Source of the DNA: Actinomycetes bacterium | Lineage (GTDB): Bacteria; Actinomycetota; Thermoleophilia; RBG-16-64-13 | Assembly: GCA_024637035.1 (NCBI GenBank) | Contig: JAGXFW010000023.1 | Coordinates: forward strand, 217,139-281,138 | Length of the DNA: 64,000 nucleotides | Direction: 5' to 3' | Shown here: one piece after another, positions 48,601 to 57,800 of the stretch | Layout: every line of letters begins with the position of its first letter | Position numbering within the stretch: position 1 is the stretch's first letter | The notes under the pieces: generated by a model | Database searches by the model: none | Told to the model about the DNA's origin: nothing | Seen by the model: the letters and a program-made list of their open reading frames with translations, nothing else | Made by a program: the position numbers and the translations under genes

Positions 48601-50692
48601 CTCCGTACGTGGTGTCGTCGTAGGTAGTGGTGGCGATCAGAGGGCCGTTCACCTTCGTCGCGAAGGCCCCGCCGGCCGAGGTGTCGCGGTACACGTTGTA
48701 GCCCGCCAAATCGGGAGCGATCGAGGCATCCCAGGAGAGCCGGTTGAGACCGTGTCCCGAGAAGGCCGTGAGACCGGTCAGTTGAACGGGAGGCGTCACG
48801 TCGAGCGCCGGGTTGTAGCCAAGGAAGCCAGATGCTCCCGGAGCTTGGGGCAGGTTCCCGGCCGCGTCGGTCACCGAAGGCGTTGTGAGCTTCACGCTCA
48901 CCGTGTAAGAAGAGCTCACGGTCTGTGCCGAAGTGGTGAGCCGCACCGTCCGGTTGTCGCCGAGCAGCGTAGCCGCCGAGACGGTGAGGCCGGAGATGGT
49001 GAAGTAGGCCGGCAACACGGAGCCCGAGGCCAGGTCCTCACCGAAGAGCACGTCGACGTTGGTCGCGGCAATAGCCACAGCCGCGACGACAGCCGGACCC
49101 GTGTTGTCGATGGTCACCGGTGTGATCGTTGTCGTGGAGGAGTTGGTGAGCACGTCGGTAGCGACCAGGCGGAACTGATACTGCCCATCGGTGCGCGTCG
49201 TGGTGTCGAAGGTGTTGAGGACGGCGTCGGTCACGTTGGCCGATCCGGTGGCCAGCGTGGACCACGACACCGGAGAGACGGCGGAGATGGAGAGGGTCCA
49301 GTTGGAGATCACGGCATCGCTGGCGGTTCCGCGGATCTGATAGGCCGTGCCCCTGATGGTCGAGGGGGCCGTCGGAGCCGTGATGGCCACCGTCGGGCCG
49401 GTGTTGTCCACCCGCACGTACTGAGCGGGCGAGAAGGCGGTGTTGCCGGCCACGTCGCGAAGCTGCGCCTGCAGCTTGTACCTGCCGTCGGCCACGAGGG
49501 CCGTATTCCAGGACACTCGGTATGTGGAGCCTGCCACAGGCGTCGTCTGGTTCACGTCCACCTGGGTGCCCACCGCGTCGTACGCTGCGCCATTCCACGC
49601 ATAGTAATAAAAGGCCACGAAGTTCACGCCCGAGCCGCCGGCGTCGGCAGCCGTGGCGTCGTAGTTCACTGTGCCCCGGATGCCGGTGGGTGGCGGCGCG
49701 CCGTCCACCCCGATGGGTGCGGTGATCGCGGGCGCCGCGATGGTGGCGTCCACCTTGAACAGTTGGCTCTTGTGCGGCGTCTCCTCGTTCGGGATGGCGT
49801 CCCGCGAGTAGTACCAGAGGGTGTTCGTGCCGGTCAGAGCGGAGAACGACGCGCCGTAGAGAGTGCCGGCTCCGGAGGCAGGGTCGCTGTTCCAGTTGTA
49901 GCGAATGATGGTGGGCGAGCCCTCGGGGTCGGTGGCGCTCAGCGTGATGCTGGGCACGGTCTTGAACCAGCCTGAGTCCCCGTCGAGTGCCGCGGGACTC
50001 GTGGAGAGTGACGTGGTGGGGGCGGTGCTGTCGGAGGGCGTCTCGTTCACGCGTAGGTACGACGCCTGGTTGGATCCGGTGGTGCCGTTGAAGAGCAAGT
50101 TGGTGTCATTCGAGTTGTCCCTGTCCACCTCCACGAGAACGCGCAAGCGCCTACCCGCTGGGATAGTGGTGGCGATGTTCGTGAAGTTGACCGTGAGGGT
50201 CTGCGCGCCACTGCCGGTACCGAGAGTCTGCTGATTCAATTGGACGCTGGCGCCGGTCGTCGAGTTGTACTCGTAGAGCGTGACCCTCCAACCGTCCCAT
50301 GTTCCGCTCACCCCCATGAAGAACTGGGCGTTGGCGGCGATCTGCGTGTCTTGGGCGTAGTCGGCCGCGGTGTACACGTCTACCATCCGATACCACGCAC
50401 CGTCCCCCCAGCTGCTCGTACGCACCATGGTGATCGCACTACTCCCGTTGGTGGTGGAGAAGAGGGTCACCCGGTTGGTCGAATTACTGTAGGGGGAACC
50501 AGCAGTCGTCACGTTCGTGGATAGACCGCCGCCCGGGATGGCGACGCCGCTGCTCGCGGTCACATAGTAGTCGACGACCGCGCCCGAGGCCGGCGACGCC
50601 GCCGAGACGACAAAGAAGAGCGCGAGCAGCACGAAGCCCACGAGGACGCGAGCATCCAGCCCCGCGACCCGCAAGCTTGTGGCCATCTTCAC
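45629..50692 (-). CDS. giant multiheme c-type cytochrome (1687 aa), paralog of 19921..25011; 12 CxxCH
   Basis: Signal peptide. Ig-like repeat modules and a conserved block (MDPSTLTNDKVQIRIGA...GITAHGGYTTAKNLCRNCHSVHGAA...CYACHDGTG) nearly identical in arrangement to cytochrome 1. CRNCH, CYACH, CSNCH, CWTCH, CKGCH, CNSCH, CKQCH, CYQCH, CLNCH, CLACH, CTACH, CGSCH. Confidence 0.85.
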   Translation of the reverse strand: MKMATSLRVAGLDARVLVGFVLLALFFVVSAASPASGAVVDYYVTASSGVAIPGGGLSTNVTTAGSPYSNSTNRVTLFSTTNGSSAITMVRTSSWGDGAWYRMVDVYTAADYAQDTQIAANAQFFMGVSGTWDGWRVTLYEYNSTTGASVQLNQQTLGTGSGAQTLTVNFTNIATTIPAGRRLRVLVEVDRDNSNDTNLLFNGTTGSNQASYLRVNETPSDSTAPTTSLSTSPAALDGDSGWFKTVPSITLSATDPEGSPTIIRYNWNSDPASGAGTLYGASFSALTGTNTLWYYSRDAIPNEETPHKSQLFKVDATIAAPAITAPIGVDGAPPPTGIRGTVNYDATAADAGGSGVNFVAFYYYAWNGAAYDAVGTQVDVNQTTPVAGSTYRVSWNTALVADGRYKLQAQLRDVAGNTAFSPAQYVRVDNTGPTVAITAPTAPSTIRGTAYQIRGTASDAVISNWTLSISAVSPVSWSTLATGSANVTDAVLNTFDTTTRTDGQYQFRLVATDVLTNSSTTTITPVTIDNTGPAVVAAVAIAATNVDVLFGEDLASGSVLPAYFTISGLTVSAATLLGDNRTVRLTTSAQTVSSSYTVSVKLTTPSVTDAAGNLPQAPGASGFLGYNPALDVTPPVQLTGLTAFSGHGLNRLSWDASIAPDLAGYNVYRDTSAGGAFATKVNGPLIATTTYDDTTYGAEGVVYYYKVTAVDASSNESVKSAVANTSMVLVNGSVGAGGGTLLATNGKARLVVPAGALPGATAIGITELTTTPSSPPKVFVTPSYNSTPAAQLFTSPVQITLKYVPGAVDESTIKLLYFNGTAWVQVEGGSTVNQAADTVTGTVSHFTEFAAASLDATAPTVSTVTPANLATGVPVNGFVTIVFGEEMDPSTLTNDKVQIRIGATPISAETVVLSSDRTRVYVYPDAMMDISTVYTVWISGAVTDLAGNPLGSASTTTFTTAATGITAHGGYTTAKNLCRNCHSVHGAAVQASNLGGKLFPAATEKQVCYACHDGTGSSYNVKTTDNVSPFSWDFGEAVIGTSTKIVGSSGSYHPVPASLTHTWVSGATTNTGAVMRCSNCHNAHARTGTGQRFLAVKKLDPSYSGAYVNVTGNDFCWTCHNTTAATSAGYISSASWNASTGTDHKTNYPASGSGHNKLSGAGILMNDLRVPSVESIACKGCHSEHGTTNDKLISENIKGFVRTFNGTSAANYNTQYNAVCNSCHGLPIGGPIAPNLPGASYTSSGHGASTKTRSLTYSPPVPAVAQNIYVGVCKQCHNPHGTQYANYTLAFEEDLCYQCHAAAGPGRLVGPGTTSYSIQRKFTATATPAGTLAYNKASAGAAVPLSHHPVLDSEQGVTYSVTKRGTGGATANTTTGAIECLNCHNPHLNAGATPSSNYWKVLDADVQPGTAGYPTALRAYSTLNTLVVGGAARNYANVPSGANADLNPDHPAGIHGTAAPYNPASGAAEATADSIKFCLACHDNTVPAGTSPTVNMGSAVPMDIAAKWLGDGTATPVRHGSGDGSSISSDRDWRPRYPFQSTTYSDSNPAYAYAAMQCTACHDPHGSQNVYFLREYIVVDGVVMNDSNAYLLGTGAAGSGAAIHLTSWEVNAAGALTADFFGQFCGSCHSANGKWTSHNASIGAANNISNPSTSTNCDSEHGWSRASGGNDGMHDNNVTGGGQRRTW

Positions 50693-50868
50693 GTTCTCAC
50701 GTGGACTACTGATCGATGCCTCCCTTGACCAACCTCGACCTATCTTCTATCGGCACGTAGGGTGTTTCGCTAGAGTGCACATCACCCTCCAAGCCGCCAC
50801 ACGTTTCTCAAGTTCGCATGCTATCAAAGCACGGTGTCGACGGGCATAGCGAAAATACCGTCCCGTGT

Positions 50869-51756
50869 TCAGTCAGCCACCGTGGTTGATGTGGTCCCGT
50901 CGACCCCCGACAGCGTCGTGGTCGTGGATGCTCCCCGCAATCGGTCGAGCAAAGCCCGCGCTTCCGCGTTGTCGGGGTTCTCCGCCAGAGCCTTCTCGAG
51001 TTGCAGGGCGGCGTTGTCCGCTTGATCGACCGCCACCAACTGCTCGGCGAGCGCCACACGGATCTGGTCGAACTGTACCCCCATAGGGCGCATCTCGATC
51101 ACCTCGAAGTAGAGCCTGATGGCCCGGTCGGCGTCGCCGAGTCCGGCGACCGTCTCGGCGAGGGCCACGCGCGCCGCGGTGAAGTCGCTGTTGAGGCGCA
51201 AAGACTCCTCGTAGCTCGCGGCTGCCTCTTCGGGCTGCTCCAGGCGCCTCTGGATGTTCCCGATGCGGAAGTGGGCTTCGAAATCACGGGCGTCGAGTTC
51301 GAGGATGTCCCGGTACACCTGCATAGCGCCGTCCCAATCGAGTCCGCGCTCATACACGAGAGCCAACAAGTAGCGGGCTTGCTTATCCTGCGGATTGACC
51401 TCGAGATGGGCTTCCAGCTTCGACTGAGCGGCCGCCAGGTCACCCGATTGGATGTCCGAGGTGCCGGGGATCGCTTCGCCCAATGTGGTACTGGTGGTCT
51501 CTACGGCCGAAGTGGAAGTAGTCGTCGCGGACTCTCCGCGGAGCGAAGCCGCGATCGCGACCGCGCCGCCGCCGAGAAGTAGGACTACCCCGAGTGCCAG
51601 AAGAAGCCGCCGTACCGCCAAGGAGTCGCCTCCCCATTCGTCCTGGACCGATGCCGCCACGGGGCGATGGCCGCTGGAAAACGCAGCAGAGCGCGACCCG
51701 TACCCGTGGTTCCGAGCCGGAATAGTATGACACATGACTCCGCCTGCGCGCGTCAT
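50869..51756 (-). CDS. membrane-anchored TPR-repeat protein upstream of cytochrome 2
   Basis: TM helix LLLALGVVLLLGGGAVAIA then TPR-like repeats; start uncertain. Confidence 0.5.
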   Translation of the reverse strand: MTRAGGVMCHTIPARNHGYGSRSAAFSSGHRPVAASVQDEWGGDSLAVRRLLLALGVVLLLGGGAVAIAASLRGESATTTSTSAVETTSTTLGEAIPGTSDIQSGDLAAAQSKLEAHLEVNPQDKQARYLLALVYERGLDWDGAMQVYRDILELDARDFEAHFRIGNIQRRLEQPEEAAASYEESLRLNSDFTAARVALAETVAGLGDADRAIRLYFEVIEMRPMGVQFDQIRVALAEQLVAVDQADNAALQLEKALAENPDNAEARALLDRLRGASTTTTLSGVDGTTSTTVAD

Positions 51757-51873
51757 GCGCTCGGGTAGAGTTTCACAAATCGCACCCCTCGTCTGCTATG
51801 ATGCGGGCGATGCCGACGTGCGACGCAAACGGCGTCACGATACGTCCGACGGGACAAGGAGGAGTGGGACTAC

Positions 51874-52389
51874 ATGGCTCGCAGCGATAAGGATTTCTTG
51901 GGTCTGGAGGTAGTCAGCCTCGAAGACGCGTCGGTCGTGGGTGAGGTGGACGCGCTCATCGTGGACGACACGAAGAACGCCGTCGTCGGTCTGGTGATCG
52001 ACTTGGGCGTATACGAAGCGAAGGCGCTCGCCTTCAGCGACATCTTGAGCATCGGGGAAGACGCCGTCATGATCGGTGCTTCCTCAGCCGTCAGGCCCAT
52101 CTCCCAGCACAGCGCGCTGGAAGCACTCGCCGAGCGCGACGTGCAGGTGGCCGACACACTCGTCATGACGGACCATGGCGATCTCGTGGGCGTAGTCGGA
52201 GACTATTATCTGGACTCCGCCACCGGTGTTATCAAAGGCATCGAAGTCTTGCCGGAAGACATGGGTGACGACGATGTCGCCGCCACCTACCTCGTACCTG
52301 CGTCTGACCTCATCAAGATGAGCGCTGAGCTCGTCATGATCAAGGCCGGGTTCGAAGAACGTGCGGTAGACTCCGAGGAATCTCTCTAG
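51874..52389 (+). CDS. PRC-barrel domain protein (two PRC barrels)
   Basis: LEVVSLEDASVVGEVDALIVDD... and a second copy; paralogous to the N-terminal half of 53150..54337. Confidence 0.6.
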   Translation: MARSDKDFLGLEVVSLEDASVVGEVDALIVDDTKNAVVGLVIDLGVYEAKALAFSDILSIGEDAVMIGASSAVRPISQHSALEALAERDVQVADTLVMTDHGDLVGVVGDYYLDSATGVIKGIEVLPEDMGDDDVAATYLVPASDLIKMSAELVMIKAGFEERAVDSEESL

Positions 52390-52443
52390 TTCGACCAAAC
52401 GGAGGGACTCGACGGGCACCATGACCTCTGAAAGGCACACTAT

Positions 52444-53145
52444 ATGAACATGCTGGTGCTCGCAGTGGCCGGTGTGTTCGTGCTTGCGGGCCTGGTTCTC
52501 ATCGTCCTCTCGTTCCTGGTGGGGCGCGCAAAGCCTGCGTCTGAGTCCGCGCTGGCCGGAGCCTCCGCCGCCGCCCCTACGGAACTCACCGCCGCCTTCA
52601 TCGACCAGCCCCTCGCCAAGGACATGGCGGACGACCTCAGGGATCGCAAGAAGGCCGTGCCGGATGCCGCTGCCGCCGTGACGGCGATCGCGCCAGAAGT
52701 CGCGAGCAAAGTGGCTGCCGATGCTGGTGCAGCCGCTGCCGGTCTCGCGGAAGAGGCCGAGGAGAAGGCCGAGGAGAAGGAAGCCGTCGCGGTCTCGTCC
52801 GCTCCCCCGCCCCCGACGCCCGCCGCGAACCTGGTGGGATTCAACTTCAGGGTGCAACTCGGCTTCAAGTTCCTGCAGAACGGTCTCTACGAAGACGGCG
52901 TGGCCGAGTTCCAGAAGGCGCTCGCCCTCACCGATGACCGCGACGCCAAGCTCAAGCTCTATGTAGAGATCGGCAACGCCTTCCGCACCCAACGCATGAG
53001 CGGACCGGCAGCCGCCTCTTACATGCAGGCTACTTCGTACACGGAGAACCCGATGCTATTGGAGCATCTGGAGAGGACAATCTCGGAGATGATGGAATCG
53101 GACACGTCTACCCAGGGCACGTCCGGATCAACAAAGGAGGAATAA
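52444..53145 (+). CDS. hypothetical membrane-anchored protein with helical-repeat (TPR-like) C-terminus
   Basis: N-terminal TM, Ala/Glu-rich linker, C-terminal helical repeat; no family recognised. Confidence 0.4.
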   Translation: MNMLVLAVAGVFVLAGLVLIVLSFLVGRAKPASESALAGASAAAPTELTAAFIDQPLAKDMADDLRDRKKAVPDAAAAVTAIAPEVASKVAADAGAAAAGLAEEAEEKAEEKEAVAVSSAPPPPTPAANLVGFNFRVQLGFKFLQNGLYEDGVAEFQKALALTDDRDAKLKLYVEIGNAFRTQRMSGPAAASYMQATSYTENPMLLEHLERTISEMMESDTSTQGTSGSTKEE

Positions 53146-53149
53146 AGTT

Positions 53150-54337
53150 ATGGCGAGGATTGATACGGATCTCCTGGGCCTTCAGATCGTCGCGCTCGAC
53201 ACCGCCACTGTGGTGGGCGAAGTGGACGGCCTTCTGATCGATGACGCGACGGTCAAGGTGGCCGGCTTTCTGGTGGATCTGGGCCTCTATGAGGCGTCGG
53301 TCCTGCCGTACTCTTCGGCCCACGCCGTTGGACTCGACGCGGTCGTGGTAGAGAGCGGCTCCAAGATCGCGGCCATCTCGGCCGACCCCGCGCTCGCGGC
53401 CCTCGCGGAGAAGGACATCACCATCACCGACGCCAAGGCGATCACGCGTGAGGGTCGTACGGTCGGTACCATCGGAGACTATTTCATCGACACCGAGACC
53501 GGCGACGTGGTGGGCATGGAGTTCATCGCCGCTGACCAGACGGTGTACCCCCGCGAGACCGCGGTGATCCCCGCGTCGAGCGTCTACCGTCTGGGGCGTG
53601 ACATCATCGTGCTCGAGGCCGACTACGCCCAGCACCTGCAGAAGGACGAGGGTTCGCTGGAGCGGGTAGCCAAGCCGGTCGAGCCGATCAAGGCAGAAGC
53701 CCCCGCAGCTGCCCCGGTCGTCGTCGCTGCGCCCGTACAGCCGGTCGCTGTCGTCGAGCCGGAGCCGGAGCCGCCGGTCGTGTCCGAACCCGCTCCCGTC
53801 GAAGAGCCCCCCGCGCCCGAGCCGGCTCAGGAGTTGGAGGAGGCCTTCGAGGCCATCACCACCCCCGAAGAGGCACCGGCCGTCGAAGCGGCGCAAGAAG
53901 CCGAAGAGGTCGTTGAGGCTATCGAAGAACCGCCCGTCGAATTGGTGGCAGAGCTCAAGGAGATCGAGCCCGAAGTCGAGGTGGCCGAGGAGATCACCCC
54001 GCTTGCAGCGGTGACCCCCGCCTACGCCGACGACACTCTGACCTCGGAGCCCGCCCCCGACCTGTCAGAGCCCCAGACCGCGGTCGAAGAAGCTGTCGTC
54101 GAAGAAGCACCCGTGGCGGAGGCCCCGGTCGAAGAGGCCCCAGCCACGGAAGCTCCCGCCGAAGATGCGTTCACGTCACAGCAGAAGCACTTCCTCATCG
54201 GCAAGCGCGTGCTTCGTCGCATCGAGACTCCCTCCGGCGAACTGATCGCCGACATGGGTGAACTGGTCACGTTCGAGATCATCCAGAAGGCGAAGGGTTC
54301 CGACCAACTTCTCATTCTTTCCCTGAACGTCGAATAG
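53150..54337 (+). CDS. PRC-barrel domain protein with long acidic Pro/Glu-rich linker and conserved C-terminal domain
   Basis: MARIDTDLLGLQIVALDTATVVGEVDGLLIDD (PRC barrel x2), then a PE-rich low-complexity region. Confidence 0.6.
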   Translation: MARIDTDLLGLQIVALDTATVVGEVDGLLIDDATVKVAGFLVDLGLYEASVLPYSSAHAVGLDAVVVESGSKIAAISADPALAALAEKDITITDAKAITREGRTVGTIGDYFIDTETGDVVGMEFIAADQTVYPRETAVIPASSVYRLGRDIIVLEADYAQHLQKDEGSLERVAKPVEPIKAEAPAAAPVVVAAPVQPVAVVEPEPEPPVVSEPAPVEEPPAPEPAQELEEAFEAITTPEEAPAVEAAQEAEEVVEAIEEPPVELVAELKEIEPEVEVAEEITPLAAVTPAYADDTLTSEPAPDLSEPQTAVEEAVVEEAPVAEAPVEEAPATEAPAEDAFTSQQKHFLIGKRVLRRIETPSGELIADMGELVTFEIIQKAKGSDQLLILSLNVE

Positions 54338-54375
54338 CTCTCGCGGGGCCTTTTGCCCCGGTGAGTGGAACACCC

Positions 54376-54405
54376 GAAGAGCCCGGCCTTCCCGCCGGGC
54401 TCTTC
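54376..54405 (+). terminator. hairpin terminator after the PRC-barrel gene
   Basis: GAAGAGCCCGGC-CTTCCC-GCCGGGCTCTTC followed by TATTGT. Confidence 0.4.
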
Positions 54406-54889
54406 TATTGTCGACCCCGTGTCACGCCGGCGGTGGACCACGGTTCGGAATCGGTAGAGCCGGAATCGGTCCGTTTTTGTCAGAGTAGAATTGCGTGGTT
54501 GCAGACGAATAATCCGCCGGCTTTCCAAACTAGCTGCAAATGGCGCATTCCTAGACTCAATGCGGTTGATTCGCCGCCTGAAGAAGTCCTTGACAGACCC
54601 CTTGGATGCCTATAGGCTATCGCCTGAGAGTATAAGGAGTTGGAGGCGTAGATCCCCGTTTCCGTACCTGGGCACTTGGGGCGGGGGGAGCCAGTAGTGC
54701 AACCGGCCATGGGGATGGCCGGTTTCTTTCGTTTTTCCGGTTCATCTCAAGAACATGAGACAGTCACTTCAGACCGGGGCCTCGGCCCCGGTCGACTCGT
54801 CTCTAGAGCACTACTACCTGCCGTAGTAGTGCCGATGTTCACGAACTCCTTTCCTCCAGAGACTAATGTGGAAAGGAGGTGAATCGCAA

Positions 54890-57800
54890 ATGAAAATGAA
54901 GAAACTCGTAATCTGTATCACTCTGGTCGCGGCAGTCTTGTTGCTCGCGGCCGCTGCACCCGCGCTGGCTCTGACCAGCACGGACTGCAAGAACTGCCAC
55001 TTGGCACCGCTCGGTGAGGCCACGGGTGCACTGGTGAACTTCGGCGTGAACCCGGTGACGGTACCCGATAAGTGCGTCGTCTGTCACGACGGTGTGAGTA
55101 TGCCGGGGCACAACTTCGCACCCAGCACTCTCACCGACGTGGACAAGATCCACCGTTCGCACACCGGCACACTAAGCTTCGGCCTGGACATGACGGTGCC
55201 GCCGTTCACTACGTGCGGCAACAACGGTTCCGGAGGCTGTCACTCCGGGGTCGTCGACTGCGAATGGTGCCACGGCACCGACATCACCCATCAACTAGCG
55301 GCCCACGGCAACAGCACGCCGGGGACGGTCGTTGCAGGTGTTCCGACGCGCGTGGTCAGCAACATGAACACCGCACCGGTGACCAAGTCGCTCACGTGTC
55401 TTGCGGCGCAATGTCACGCATTGCAGGCGCCGGCGGCAGGACTCTCCCAACAGAGCGTTCTGTTCGCGCCGTCGTGCATCCAATCCGGTTGCCACGGTGA
55501 TGAGTCGCACACCGTCGTCCACGAGCCCGACGCGGCTCTGACGGCGACGTATGCCACCTGCGGAGCCGCCGGTTGTCACGACCTCAACCTGGTCACGGAA
55601 CACGTGACCAATCAGGCGCTCGCTTGCGGCACGTGTCACGACTCGACCGAATCGGCTGTTGTCGGGGCTATCGCCGCCGGCTCAGCTCCTGGTGGAGCCA
55701 AGCAAGGCTGTTACGTCTGTCACGGCGCGGGTGCGGGCAACCATACGCCGCAGCACGCCTTGACGAACCCGGTGCAGCCACCGACGGATTGCCAGTCGGC
55801 CTCGTGCCATGTGGACAACTTGGTCACGGAGCACATCGATCGTCGCGCACTCACATGCGATACCTGCCACGCCGGCTCTACCGCCGTGCAGGGTGTGATC
55901 ACGACGTTCAAGGCCATCGCGCAGAACCCGACGTGTGAGGACTGTCACGGCACGATCACCGGACATGCTGTGCAGCATGACCTGACGAACCCTGTGGCTC
56001 CTCCGGCCGAGTGCCAGTACTGTCACCCCACCAACCTGTTGTCCGTGCACATCAACCCGGTCTTCCCGACCGACGTGAACGGCAGCACCTGGGGGGCGTA
56101 CAACTGCAACACATGTCACTCGCCGAGCAGCAGAGCATATACGTTCGTGACGGCCTTCTCTGCCAGCGCGGCCAACCCCAACTGCGCGACGTGTCACGCG
56201 GTCGCGAGCGTCCACGTCGATCGTCACCTGACGACCTCGACGGCATGCTTCGACAGCGGGTGTCACGTGAGCACCAACCTGGCCACGCTCCACGCGGGGT
56301 ACGGCCGGGGCTGTAACACCTGTCATACGGCTTCTCCGCGCGCCGGAGTCCGCGAGGCCATCCTCGCGAACAACACCTCGTGCGAGGCCTGCCACATGTC
56401 AGGGCACTTCGATCAGCACGCGTTGCCCGCCGACAAGACCATCGGCTCCGGGTACTACAAGTACTCGAACCAATCGTCCGGCACCACCGACTGCGCCATC
56501 TGTCACACGAACAACGTGATCTTGGAGCACACCGGTGACGCCACGACGGGTCGCCCGGCCTGGCTCGCGGCGAACGGCTCACCGCTCAACTGCGACACGT
56601 GCCACAAGAGCACGCGCGCGGCAGTGGTGGCCGCTATCGCGGCAGCCGCAACCGGCCAGCTGACGAACTGCGACCAATGTCACACGGTCCACGGCACGCC
56701 AACGTTGGAGCACCAGTCGCCGACCTCGGCGCCTGACCAGAGCTGCGGCCAGAGTGGGTGCCACAACGCGAACCTGCTGGTGGAGCACGAGATCCGTTGG
56801 GCAGTGGAACCATCGGACACGCAGAACAACACTCTCATGATTGGGGGTGTCTGCAACCGGTGCCACCTCGGCAACACGGGCGCCCTGTCGAAGACCTTGG
56901 TGTTGACGGCCATCGACAACGGCGACCGAACGTGCCAGGCGTGCCACGGCGCGAACGCGGGCGCGGGTCACACCGCGACTCACGATCCCGACGCGGCGCT
57001 CTCGGCTACGTACGCCTCATGTGCCGATCCCGGTTGTCACGTTCTGAACATCGCCACGCAGCACGTCGGCGATACGTTCAAGAGCGGTGTCGTCGGTTCG
57101 TGCAACACGTGTCACAGCAGCACGGCCCCCGCGTACGCCACGGCCGCCATCGCGGCGTGGAAGACCACGGGAGCCAAGCAGGGCTGCTTCGTGTGTCACG
57201 GCGGCAACGCCGGAGCACACCTGACGCAGCACGCGCTCACCAACCCGGTGCAGCCGCCTGTCGCGTGCCAGGGTTCCACGTGTCACGTGGACAACTTGGT
57301 GACGGAGCACGTCGATCGTCGTGCGCTCAACTGCGCCACGTGCCACAGCGGCTCTGCCGCAGTGCAGCAGGTCATCGCGACTTACCGCACGGGTGGCTCG
57401 AAGGCCACCATGAACCCGATGTGCACCGAGTGCCACGGGCCGACGGCCGGTCAGCACGTGCAACAGCACGAGCTCGCCGCGTCCGACTGCTCTCTGTGCC
57501 ACTCGAACAACCTGGTGACCGAGCACATCGTCAACAACCCATTGGGTTGTGACACGTGCCACGGCGCTGGTGCGTCGGCCACGGTGAAGTCGGTGATCGC
57601 CACGTACGGCGGCGCGAATCCGGCACTGCCGCTGTGCACGAGCTGTCACGCCGCGAACACGTATCACGCGGGCGCGACCGCCAAACACACGGCCAACGAA
57701 GAAACCGACTGCCAGAGCTGCCACCTGATGATGCTCCCGACGGAACACGCTCGGAGCACCAGCATCAGCAACTCGCGCAGCTGCGGTGCGTGTCACCCGC

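Noticed and set aside
51771-51786. Second Rex half-site (TTTCACAAAT) upstream of the PRC-barrel gene
   Set aside because: Only one half-site matches. The partner half is 4/7 and is not convincing.
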